From: Antedon mediterranea
Lineage: Eukaryota > Animalia > Echinodermata
Direction of reading: 5' to 3'
DNA: 64,000 nucleotides
NCBI RefSeq assembly: GCF_964355755.1
Contig: NC_092672.1
Span: 30,758,437-30,822,436 of the forward strand
The stretch's first letter is position 1. Every line of letters starts with the position of its first letter. Below, piece after piece: positions 13,911-25,095 of this stretch. A model generated the notes under the pieces. The model made no database searches. It had not been told where the DNA came from and saw nothing but the letters and a program-made list of their open reading frames with translations. A program made the position numbers and the translations under genes.

Positions 13911-14915
13911 TTTATCTCGTTTTATACGGTACAGAGATAAAGCAAAGCGGCCGATTGAGTGAAACCAAAGCGACTTAGGTAAACAGTAGCTTCAGCGGCA
14001 TGGAAATGGAAATTATATTGCGCTCCTTTTGTCCTCGTTATACATAATCATACAATGCTCCTAAAATAGTGCGCCCTCGCGCTGAGAAAGTGTTTGGGAA
14101 ATCGTGCAAGCGATTGATTTTGACCTGGCAATGTGAGTCTGGAGTCTCATAGATATAGGTTTATTCACTAATAATTTAATTTGTTGAATTAATTACTTGT
14201 ATAATATTAATATACAATTGATAATTTTCGCTTTAGATGAAAAAAAAAGTGGGATGAGGGGGGTGGGGGGGAGGGTTATAAGCTCATTAGTGTTCCCGCT
14301 TTGTTTTTCAGCTTTACCTGATTTTTTAAATTCTGTCTCCCATGTTCATTAACCTTATTGATATCATTATTGTTCCCAATTGAATATACTGTACAATAAA
14401 TACAAAGACAAGAAGTACAACTCATTGAAACTTAAATAAAAATGTTTATTGTAAAAATTCTTATTCCTTGCACTCATTTCAAAATGTAAACTATAAAATA
14501 AATTGTCTATAGGCGTTAAGTAAATCTAAAATCTAAAAAAATCACAGTTATAGTACAATAGTAAAAATCCCTTGATTACAGTATGCTCTATTCTATTATT
14601 TTGAAGAAACTTTGTTGAATGATCGTTTTTGTTGAATGTTCGGAAAATAGGTTCAAACTCCAAATAATTTATTTTCTATGAAGATTAGGTCAACTATAGA
14701 ATAGTATACTGTTTTGTTATATGGCCATAGCGTGAGGTAATGAAACAAAATATAAGGATAATTTTCTTACAATCTGAGTCTCATGGTGGGATGATCTTTC
14801 TCTTAATAACCTCTGAGTAGTGAGACTCTTTCTTGGTGGATAATTTAAAATACCATTCATTTTAAAAATGTAATTCTGTCCTTCATTCCGACATCTAAAT
14901 TCTACCTGATCTAGT

Positions 14916-17900
14916 TTACTTTTGTTCTTTTTTAATACATTTAATCAATTTCTTTACATTATCATTAAACTCCATGTTGTTTGTAAAGTCGATATAAAGC
15001 CTGCTCTTTCCTTTCACTAGTTGTTGAACTTTAGAGTTTTTTTCAGGTATATATTTCTCCATTTTCAATGGAATAAACGGCCTCTTGTGTTTTTGAATTT
15101 TTCTGCACTCTACAAACAAAAATGTGAAACTTATAAATTCACTTATCTTTTCTATTAAGTGTAGACTTACATTTTCGTTGTATTTAATTGCGCATAATTT
15201 ACCTCTCTTTTACTTAATATAATACATACCAAATTTGCAGTTGTCACTTTTTTCATAGTCTTCGGATAAACAGATTAGAACTATATTTGATTGTTTTATT
15301 CCCTTTTCAATATCGTCTGGCATAAAGCCGGTAATTTCAACAAAATCAATCCAGATTTTATGTGATTTCAGTTTCTTTTTTAGTTCATCATAAATGTGTC
15401 TGACAGTTCTAGAAAAGGAAAAGCGATTATTGCGTTGGAATAATTGGTGTATTTTTAATTTATATATAATAATATGATTTAACATTGCGATAAATGAATG
15501 ACTATATATTTATACACTACCACCATAGTAAATTACACTCTGTAGATTTTTAAAGTGGTGCGGTGTTTCTATTTTAAATGTTTTACATACTGTAGGTATT
15601 TATACTTACACGTCGTGAGTGTGATTGTAACTTATCATTATTTGCTTCTGCAAACAAGAATAAATAAAATTGATCACAGAGTTACATAATTTAATGTAAT
15701 TACTGTATAAGATAATACTAGAAGAAATTATAATATTTTTATATATAAAACCGATATAATAGTTTGATACACGGTTTATAACATACCAAATTACAACATA
15801 GAAATTACCTTTCCATCCTTTGATTTCTTTCCAGGTTTCAGTTTTCTACTTGCACCTGTAATTAATATTACGTATAGATAAAAATTAACATGTCTTACAA
15901 TTGATTTGAACCTCAACCGACTATAGCTACATATTGCACTAAAACTAAAATTCTCATCTTAAAATTGTCAAAAGATCTTAATAATTGCTCTATTTTTGTA
16001 GTTGTTATATTCAACTTATATTGACAGTTTAAATTTTTAAATGTACACACACATTTTTAGCAGACTGCTTATAAGTGTAAAACATCGATACCTTTTTTTC
16101 TCTTGAATTTTGAAGTAGAAGGTCGGTTGTCACAATCAGAGTACCCTGCATACAAAATATAATTAACATAATACATACTGTAGCTTTAATGTAGTTTAAC
16201 AGAAATCGTTTAAAAAAAGAAAATACATGCATCTCAGATATAAATTAATAAGGAATTGTTATAATCATTACTAGATTGATATGGGGGTTTCTACATTTTT
16301 AAAGTTATTTTAAATTTCAAAGATAAATTTAAATGTCTAATAAAGATTTCAACCTGAGTTCTCCTCTTCATCTGACTCTTCTGAGGTCGTTGACTTCTTT
16401 CTTTTGCGAGTTATTTTTGAAGAAGACACTATAATAATGAAAATAATCCACAATGCAATCCTGATATTCGCCACCGACCCCATACGTTTTTTACAAAAAA
16501 AAAAAGCTACTTGGTAGTTAAAACTTACACTTTAGTTACCGTAAATCAGTTAATTAATGTTATTTCATTTGTTTTAATTAAAAATTGTTAATTCTTGTAT
16601 TTTTAGTTCATTATGTCGGTCGGTTGGTTGGTCGGTCGGTTGGTCGGTAAACACTAACTTGAGCACGCGACTGCAGCCATGTATATGGCCTTGTTTAATT
16701 AGATGGCGATAAGCTTTGAAGCTAAATTTGCTAAACCTTATCCATTATTATTTTGCTGATAATAACGATTTGAATACAATTAAAGATATCTGTGGTCAAT
16801 TTGATTAAAAAAAAAAATACTACCCAATTAGTTTTGTATTTTAACCTCGAAAAATATTCCAAAGATTATTATGCTATTAATTGTTTCCGTTCCATACCTG
16901 ATTTTTTCTTCGTTTTACGAGTTGAAGTAGATTGTTTGTTATCGCTATCGGCATCATCACTATCAGACTTTTTTGATATTGTACTAGTTTTTTTCGAAGT
17001 AGAAGCTAAAACAAAACAATAATAATAATATGATAAGCAATGTTAGCAAGTGTATACAAGGTAAACATTTGTGTATTAAAGTAAAATACACATAATAAAT
17101 ACAATTCTTAAATTAATATTTAGGCCTATATCATACATTCCTCTAAATTATAGGCCTACAGTCTTGTTACCTGATGTTTCTGTGATATAATCGATTCCAA
17201 TTTCCTTTAATTCTTCTATAAATTTGTTCGATTTTCTCTTTTTGATTTTCTGTCTGCTTTCCAAATCAACTATCATACTCCAGCGATTTGAATATTGTTT
17301 TTTGACAGGATTATTAAAGTATTGGTCAATGTCACCCCGGTCACTCTCTTGTAATTGAAAAGTGATCGCCACTATTCGTTGTCTGTGTGGCGACAACAAT
17401 GGTGATACAGTTTCGTCATTTGGAAAGGATGGCAGAATTTCACTTAGTTTCTTCCTCAGTGCAGCTTGGTTTGTAACAATAATCGTATCATTCAAAAGTG
17501 TTATATTGTTGGGACCCAAATACCCGGCACCATGCAATGCCTGTAGCAGATCCATCCCTGTTTTAGCCCCTGACAGAATATCCATTGTCAATAGATCCTT
17601 GAACACACATTTCAGCATATCTAACCACCTGCGGTCGCCGTACCATTTCGAGAATACTACCATGATCGTATTATACTTCCCCTTTGCCGCAGCAGCAGCT
17701 GCTATAAAACAAAACGTATATAAAGTGAATGCTTAAAACAAACAATGTGATCAGTGCTGAGACAACCATTAATTTGTCTCAGGTCAATGTAAAATTTGAT
17801 TTAATTTGTAGTGTGACTTATTCCATTTCTTTAATACGAATAACAAACAAATTATTTATCTATTTAAATAGATAACAACTGGGCCCTCTTGGAGACCACC

Positions 17901-18079
17901 CTTTGACTGAAGAGGTTGTCCAGTATAAAGAAAATATTTCAATTCAATTCAGGTAGAAAATGTTATTATAGAAATTGTGCCAAAAATTATATAATATTAA
18001 GAATATTAAGATATATAATAACTATTACACAATGTCTTATGTAAAACTACAATTTAAGCCTACCTTCTTTGCTGGCCAT
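14916..18079 (-). CDS. Gene B: intact tandem-DED / basic-acidic linker / TIR protein, 9 coding exons, 413 aa
   Basis: Exons 18079-18064 (MASKE), 17701-17171 (tDED), 17005-16898, 16428-16354 (ITRKRKK..SDEEE), 16145-16092, 15855-15809, 15647-15610 (KQIMISYNH), 15408-15230 (IWID..IVLICLSEDYEKSDNCKF), 15109-14916 (ECRK..FIPLKME..LYIDF*). All junctions are GT-AG and phase-compatible, total 1242 nt. AATAAA on minus at ~14445-14450. Confidence 0.88.
16602..16696 (+). mobile_element. Short deleted HINE copy (intron of gene B)
   Basis: (GTCG)n plus GCACGCGACTGCAGCCAT..ATGGCCTTGTTT 3' end, as in 5348-6061. Confidence 0.65.
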
Positions 18080-19118
18080 CTTTCGTGCTCTACAAACACA
18101 AAAAAAACACATGTACTGTATATAATGTTTTGTTAAGTAGCCTAACCGTATCTGGTTATACATTTCAAACAATATTACCGTGATAGATTAATAAGATTTA
18201 ATCAGGCAATTTTTACGGGACCTGGGTAATTAATATAGTATATTTTGTATACATCCATTATGTTATGTGAGATGGGTATCAATATGACCACAATTGTCCT
18301 ACTGGGAAGGTTTAAACTACATTTGAAACTTCAACTAAATCTCCTAACAAAAAAGAAAAAAATGATAAAAACAAGATGGATTGTAAATAAGTTGAATTAT
18401 AGTCGTATTCTTGGCCTTAGCACTATTGTAGATATCGACCTGACCATAATTATATATCGACGCCTAAGCTAAAATTGCTATTCGCTTTATTGACAACAAG
18501 CATCCTGTATTCTACTGTCCCGAATCAGACAATAATAGGTAAGTTACTATTATTAAATCTACCTAATTTTCCTCTTTTAAATTACAGATATGAGTTAAGA
18601 TAGATGAATGTGCAATTTCCATTCTGGAAAATTCAATAGAAATTATGTAACTTACTTTAAATATAAAGCTGATACAGCTACGTCGTCATTGTCTAAATTT
18701 ACTGAGAAAGAAGGACGCGGTAGTTTATGGCGTGGGTTGATTGCCCGATACGTATGAGAAGATTATAACAATAAAGTATGTTAATAGCCTGGTGTATAAT
18801 AAGCAACACAACCAGGTCTCTATATAAAATCATTTAATGTTAGATCCGTATAAGAATAAAATTGATATGGACTTTGAAATTGAGAAGAATCTAACATTTA
18901 GCTGCAAAGATTTCACCATCGAACATTCATTCACGTTTTTAGACGTATTGTAGGCCAAGTTCTAAGCGCCTCATGGTATTATCATGTTGGCAACACATGA
19001 TCACATCTTTTAGATTTAGACTGTTTTTTAAATTGATTTTTACACAAAACTCAGAAAGCAAATAACATACCTAATATAGAATAATTAATTTAAAAATTGT
19101 ATAGACAATGTTCACTGT

Positions 19119-20409
19119 CTACTGTGCCACAAGGGAACATCCTGGGACCACTCCTGTTCCTCATCTACGTGAATGATATGCCTATGTCCGTCTCATCATT
19201 GTTAATGCAATATGCTGACGATAGTGCAATTGTCAATGCTCATCATGATCCTGATATCATCAGTAAAAATCTTGCTAGGGATCTGTCTAATTGTAATAAA
19301 TGGTTAATTGACAATAATTTATCACTTCACATGGGAAAAACTGAACTAATGTTGTTTGGTCCCAGGATGTCTCTCAAGAACTACACAAATTTTAGCGTCC
19401 TTTACAATGGCTATACAATTTCTTTGAATAGCTCTATAAAATACCTTGGTATCGAACTAAGCAATAGGCTTAATAGTGAATTAATTGTCTCAACAGTTAT
19501 TAAGAAAGTTAATGGTCGTATTAAATTTGCGTATAGGAATTGTCGTAACTTTGATCGCTGTATTCGTAAACTCATAATGGAAGCCCTGGCTCTAAGCCAT
19601 ATAAATTATGCTATATCATCCTGGTACTGGGGTACAACCGCGGATTCCCGTACTAAACTTCAAAGAACACAAAATAAAGTAATTAGATTCATCTTAGGGA
19701 AACATAGTAGATACCATATAACCAAAGACGATTATACTTTTCTTGGTTTATTAGATGTTAAAACCAGGGCCGAACAAATGACACTACAACACGTACAGAC
19801 AATATATACAAAAAGTTGTCCAGACTTTATGTTAAATAATTTTAATAGGATAAATCATAACCATGGTACTAGAGGTAAAGATTGTAATTTTATTGTTCCA
19901 ATGAATAACTATACTGTTAGTAAGACCTTTTTTTTTAATGCAATCACACTGTGGAACAAATTACCAATAGAAATAAAAAATATTTTTACACACAATAGTT
20001 TTAAAAGGACTCTTAAGAAATTTTTATTAACAAATATGCAAATTATATAGACCTAAAATTATGATTGACTTTTCTTGTAAATAATGGTAGATATTTTTGT
20101 AATAATAATGATTATCAGAATTCAGCATAAATCTAACATGTAATTAAATTAATTTGTAATACTGTATAAAATAATAATAGATTCATATTTTTGTATAATT
20201 ATTGTAATATTATTTTATTATGTTGGGGACCCCTTTGGAAACAAGCCTCTGGGCTTAAAGGGCCATCCCCTGCTTTCCATGCTTATTTTCTTGTCTAGTC
20301 TTGTATTTTTATATTTAATTGTTTCTCTTTTTATTTCATTTACATTATACTGTTTTATTTATTTGTACTGTATTTGGAAAGCAATAAATATTACTTACTT
20401 ACTTACTGT
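19119..20409 (+). mobile_element. 5'-truncated CR1/L2-group LINE (RT C-terminal part, ORF 19097-20050)
   Basis: VPQGNILGPLLFLIYVND, YADD and IKYLG motifs; AATAAA plus (TTAC)n tail; probable ACTGT TSD. Confidence 0.9.
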
Positions 20410-20465
20410 AAGTTTAATCCTGTCTGTTTATTCACAACCTCAATCCAACAATTTCTTTTAGAGAT

Positions 20466-20937
20466 TGTCACGAACTCCTCTTACGTATGTTTCCGAGCGG
20501 TTGAAAATACTTTAGGAACTCCCTTGTGACATAAAAGTATACACACAAAATCCACAAAGTTGTAAGATAACTCAAAAACAAAGCTTTAATTTCAATCAAC
20601 TTCAACTTTCAACAATCCAGTAAGCACTTTAAACAACAGCTTCACAATGACTTTACAATATAACATCCAACCTCTAATCCAACCTCTAATCCAACCTCTA
20701 ATCCAACAACCTTACAATAGTTTACATCCCTTTATATACAAGATGCTCCTATCCTTCTAGATCATTCTTTATACTTCTCATTATTACATGATTACAGTTT
20801 CTATTAATAGCACTTCTGGAATGTTCTTGATTGTTCTTATTAATTATACATGGTTTATTAAATCAAAACATCTTATTCTAGAATGTTCATGTAAATACTA
20901 TGTTACTCTATATGTTAGGGAATGGTAATTTATTACA
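20466..20937 (-). repeat. 3' LTR
   Basis: Direct repeat of 23662-24133, preceded on the minus strand by a PPT. Confidence 0.95.
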
Positions 20938-21010
20938 CTCCCCCCTCTTTCTGAGCTCAAAACTCTTTCTTGGAGTTTTGAGGGGCAAGTATACACGGAC
21001 GTGGCAAAAG

Positions 21011-23272
21011 TTAACCCACTCCTATTCTATAAAACTTAAATACGCCATAATAACATACAACATAATCATTAATAATTACTAATAATGAACCAACAATATT
21101 CATGTAAATTTGTCGGAATGGTTCACTAACAATTACTGACATAGGAATCACCGGGGCCTTCAATTTGGTTTTATACTTTGAAGTTTTCTGGCAATTTTCA
21201 CAAGTGTTGCAATATTCGGTCACATCCTTTCTAATACCAGGCCAAAAGAATCTCTGCTTTATCCTATCTAATGTCTTTTTCCTACCTAAATGACCTGCCA
21301 AAGGAATATCATGTGAGACTTTCAATACACTATTACGGCAAGGGTATGGAACCACTAATTGCTCTATTGGTTCTATCTGGTGTTTAGTGAAAACCAGCCT
21401 AAATAAAATTCCATCCTTACAGACTATCTTTATAGTGTCATCATCCTTCTGTACTAACATCTGTTCTCGAAGTGAAATTAAAGTTCTATCCTTAACCTGA
21501 TAATCCTTAAATTTATCTCTGCCAATATCTAAAATGTCTAATTCACTATCTTGGCTAGATTGAGCTTCCTTTGTTTTTGCAAACTCTTTCCTAACTTTTC
21601 GTTTCTCACTTCTGGTTTTATGAACTTTTTCCTTGGGAGGGTTGTCACTGAGTATTTGGCCATCTAAATGTCCAAATTCTTCTTGAAAATTAACCACATC
21701 ATCTAACTGATGTGAAATAACCCCAGAAGCTTTTTCCGACTTTAATTCGTTTTCCTCTCTTAGTTTTTCTTTTCTAGCATGATCTCTAGTGGCAACAAAA
21801 CTATGCCTATCATGATTCTTATCCCCCTTCCCTAATAAGTCTCTAAATTTAGGAAAGTCCCTACCAAGAATTACATCTCTTGGTAAATCGCTGCAAACGC
21901 CAACCAACAAATTATGGTCTTCGTTATTAACCTTAATATTGACGAATGCAGTAGGATAGGCTTGGACATGGTCATGGACGCACCTGCATGTAATTTTAGC
22001 TTGCTCCGCGCGATTAATTTTCTTAGCCGCTACTAAATCAGAATGAACAAGTGTCATATCACATCCAGAGTCTATCAAAATTTCACAATCACATCCTTCA
22101 ACTAGGCCTCTACAAATGTAAGGTGTACATGGTTTTGAAACAGTATCTGTTTTTGTCGACAAAAAGCCATCCTTACTTCGACAAAATCGTTCTATGTGGC
22201 CTACTTTTTTGCACCGTCTACAAACGAGAGGTTGTCTAGCGTCAGATTGTGATTTATGAAAGTTATCAGGGGGATTATTATTACCCTTACTGTCAACTTC
22301 AGGAGTGCCTTTCACTGTTTTCTCCTGGTTGTTTCTATTTTCGTGTTTTCTATTTTGAAACTTTTTCTCAAAATCGATACCTTTTCTAGCTTGAAAATAA
22401 TTATCTGCTAATTCCGCAGCATTTAATCCCGAATCTGGTTTATGTTCTTTAACCCAAATTTGTACCCCTGTGGGCATAATATCTATCAATTGCTCTAAAA
22501 TAACAATTTCAGCTAAATCATCTTTGCTTTTATCAGCAGGCCTAGCCCACTTAGTAAATAAATCTTTTAACCTAACATACATTTCTCTATAACTTTCTTC
22601 ACTTTTCTTTTTAATTGACCTAAACCTTTGCCTATATGTCTCTTCAGTTATGTCATACCTTTGTAATATTGCTTTCTTCACTATGTCGTACTGGTTACTT
22701 TCTGTCACTGGTAGTGATGCATAGGCTGCTCTTGCTTTGCCTGTCAAATGAGGTATTAGTTTTACTACCCAGTGTTCTTTTCGCCACTCATAGGTGTTAG
22801 CAATACGTTCAAACGTAGTGAGATAATTTTCAATATCATCACTATCAGAAAGCTTTGCAATCTGAACTTCCTTCAATCTCATTATGTCTTTTAATCGTTT
22901 CTCCTCACTGTCCTTTTGCTTGTCCATTAACGCCATTACTAATGCTTGCTGTTTCTCCATATCTTCCCTACGTAAACGTTCTTGTCTTTCCATATCTTCC
23001 CGACGTCTTTCATTATCTTCTTGACGTGAACGTTCTTGTTGTTTCATCATCTGCTGCATCATAATATTCTGCTGTTGCATTTGCTGCTGCATCAACAACA
23101 AAAAATCTTTTGAAAATGAGTCAGCCCCTGTAGGGTTATGTCCACTGGTTGGTCCAGACTCTTCTGCCTGTTGTTCAGGTTGAATTGATTGAACTGATTC
23201 TACATCCGAATCAGTTTCATCGCCGCCGCTGTATTCTCTACCGGATCTTGTTGTTGATTGTTTATCAGCCAT
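21011..23272 (-). CDS. Gag (SCAN-like capsid, CCHC knuckle) - aspartic protease - truncated integrase polyprotein, 753 aa
   Basis: DDIENYLTTFERIA..W, ETYRQRFR, CRRCKKVGHIERFC, LIDSGCDMTLV, then the integrase Zn-binding region (H..LAGHLG..KT..RFFWP..C.TC..CQ) directly after the protease. No RT or RNase H. Confidence 0.92.
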   Translation of the reverse strand: MADKQSTTRSGREYSGGDETDSDVESVQSIQPEQQAEESGPTSGHNPTGADSFSKDFLLLMQQQMQQQNIMMQQMMKQQERSRQEDNERRREDMERQERLRREDMEKQQALVMALMDKQKDSEEKRLKDIMRLKEVQIAKLSDSDDIENYLTTFERIANTYEWRKEHWVVKLIPHLTGKARAAYASLPVTESNQYDIVKKAILQRYDITEETYRQRFRSIKKKSEESYREMYVRLKDLFTKWARPADKSKDDLAEIVILEQLIDIMPTGVQIWVKEHKPDSGLNAAELADNYFQARKGIDFEKKFQNRKHENRNNQEKTVKGTPEVDSKGNNNPPDNFHKSQSDARQPLVCRRCKKVGHIERFCRSKDGFLSTKTDTVSKPCTPYICRGLVEGCDCEILIDSGCDMTLVHSDLVAAKKINRAEQAKITCRCVHDHVQAYPTAFVNIKVNNEDHNLLVGVCSDLPRDVILGRDFPKFRDLLGKGDKNHDRHSFVATRDHARKEKLREENELKSEKASGVISHQLDDVVNFQEEFGHLDGQILSDNPPKEKVHKTRSEKRKVRKEFAKTKEAQSSQDSELDILDIGRDKFKDYQVKDRTLISLREQMLVQKDDDTIKIVCKDGILFRLVFTKHQIEPIEQLVVPYPCRNSVLKVSHDIPLAGHLGRKKTLDRIKQRFFWPGIRKDVTEYCNTCENCQKTSKYKTKLKAPVIPMSVIVSEPFRQIYMNIVGSLLVIINDYVVCYYGVFKFYRIGVG

Positions 23273-23591
23273 TTTTTAAATCTGGATGAGGGTCTTGTTA
23301 CTAGTTAATCGTAGTTACCGAGACGTTCACAAGTCTACTGTTCCAAATAAATAATGTACTGTTCTTAAAACAATGTTTGTGTACTTACGATTAAACAAAA
23401 CGTAGCACCACGGCTTCCGTAAAATATCTCAGTATCGTAAGTACCACTTCCTCAAAATATCAATAAAAGTACAGTTGATCCTAAACAGCCACCAATCTAT
23501 GGCAAAATACAGTAGATCAAACTGCTACCACAAAATCTCACAACAGTACTGTAGATAAATACACAGTTAAGTCGAACAGTAGATCGAAATA

Positions 23592-23661
23592 ACCGCTGCC
23601 ACCAAATTAGGCTGAACACCGCTGCCACCAAATTAGGCTGAACACCGCTGCCACCAAATTA
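23592..23661 (-). repeat. Triplicated primer-binding site (26-bp period), tRNA-Leu-like
   Basis: ACCGCTGCCACCAAATTA at 23592, 23618 and 23644, matching a tRNA 3' end ...ACCGCTGCCA-CCA. Confidence 0.85.
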
Positions 23662-24133
23662 TGTCACGAACTCCTCTTACGTATGTTTCCGAGCGGTTGA
23701 AAATACTTTAGGAACTCCCTTGTGACATAAAAGTATACACACAAAATCCACAAAGTTGTAAGATAACTCAAAAACAAAGCTTTAATTTCAATCAACTTCA
23801 ACTTTCAACAATCCAGTAAGCACTTTAAACAACAGCTTCACAATGACTTTACAATATAACATCCAACCTCTAATCCAACCTCTAATCCAACCTCTAATCC
23901 AACAACCTTACAATAGTTTACATCCCTTTATATACAAGATGCTCCTATCCTTCTAGATCATTCTTTATACTTCTCATTATTACATGATTACAGTTTCTAT
24001 TAATAGCACTTCTGGAATGTTCTTGATTGTTCTTATTAATTATACATGGTTTATTAAATCAAAACATCTTATTCTAGAATGTTCATGTAAATACTATGTT
24101 ACTCTATATGTTAGGGAATGGTAATTTATTACA
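23662..24133 (-). repeat. 5' LTR
   Basis: Direct repeat of 20466-20937, adjacent to the PBS. Confidence 0.95.
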
Positions 24134-24334
24134 GAGATAGGCCTACAGTTACATAAACCATACAGTATCGTTTTTTATTTAAAATGGCGTATCTACCCAG
24201 AATCCTCATGAAATGAAAATAGAATAACATTTGATGTATTGTCATGACCCACTTCCGTTTAATTCAAATGGAAATTCCAATATGACAAATATATATAGGC
24301 AACTGCTTCGGACAAAAGACTACTACTATAATAG

Positions 24335-25063
24335 TTGTACACAAAATGATAGGAATATTCCTCAACTGGAACGATGTTATATCGCAGGCGTCGTAAACTA
24401 AACACCAAAATAGTTACTAATCAAACGTTATTCTTAGCACATATACAGCATCATGCTTTATGTTATTAATTCTGTTAAATATAAAAATGTTGAGGCTCTA
24501 ATCTTTCCTTCTGTACGTTTAGCGACGCTTCTATACCAGTCTTTCTTCGAAGTGCAGGCTAGTTTAATAATACTAGTCTTTTAACTTTTAAACTTTTTTA
24601 AGTGATCAATAATATGTCAAACATAAGTTTGTGCGATTGTATTTTTAATAAACTAATGTAAAAGATAGTGTCAAAAGAAATGTACGTTTTAAAACGATTA
24701 GATATGCAATATTTACATAAACTATTTACTTAAAGCAAAGAGGGACGCGTTAGATGTGAGAGGTTATCGCGTTTGTTAATCACCTAATCACGTATGATGT
24801 CAGCTAGTAGCTATTATTGTTAGCTATGTCATTTTTTTTTATAAATATCTATTTACTCAAAGCAGGGAAAAGAGGGACGTATAAGCTATAAGAGGTTATG
24901 GCGTTGGTTGATAACAACGTATGATTAGTTTTTAACAATAAACTACCGCATTATTAAAGGTGTATACTGAATATGTAACTTCCGATAAACTTGTTTAACA
25001 ACGTAAACATTGAATGTGCACGTTGAAATAGATAGCGAATGCTGATCAGACAATAATAGGTAA

Positions 25064-25095
<32 letters not shown>

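Larger units (their letters stand above)
20466..24133 (-). mobile_element. Gmr1-type Ty3/Gypsy LTR retrotransposon, internally deleted (non-autonomous), recent
   Basis: 472-bp TG..CA LTRs at 20466-20937 and 23662-24133 that appear identical, GAGAT 5-bp TSD, polypurine tract at ~20938-20947 (minus), and PBS TGGTGGCAGCGG next to the 5' LTR. Confidence 0.95.
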
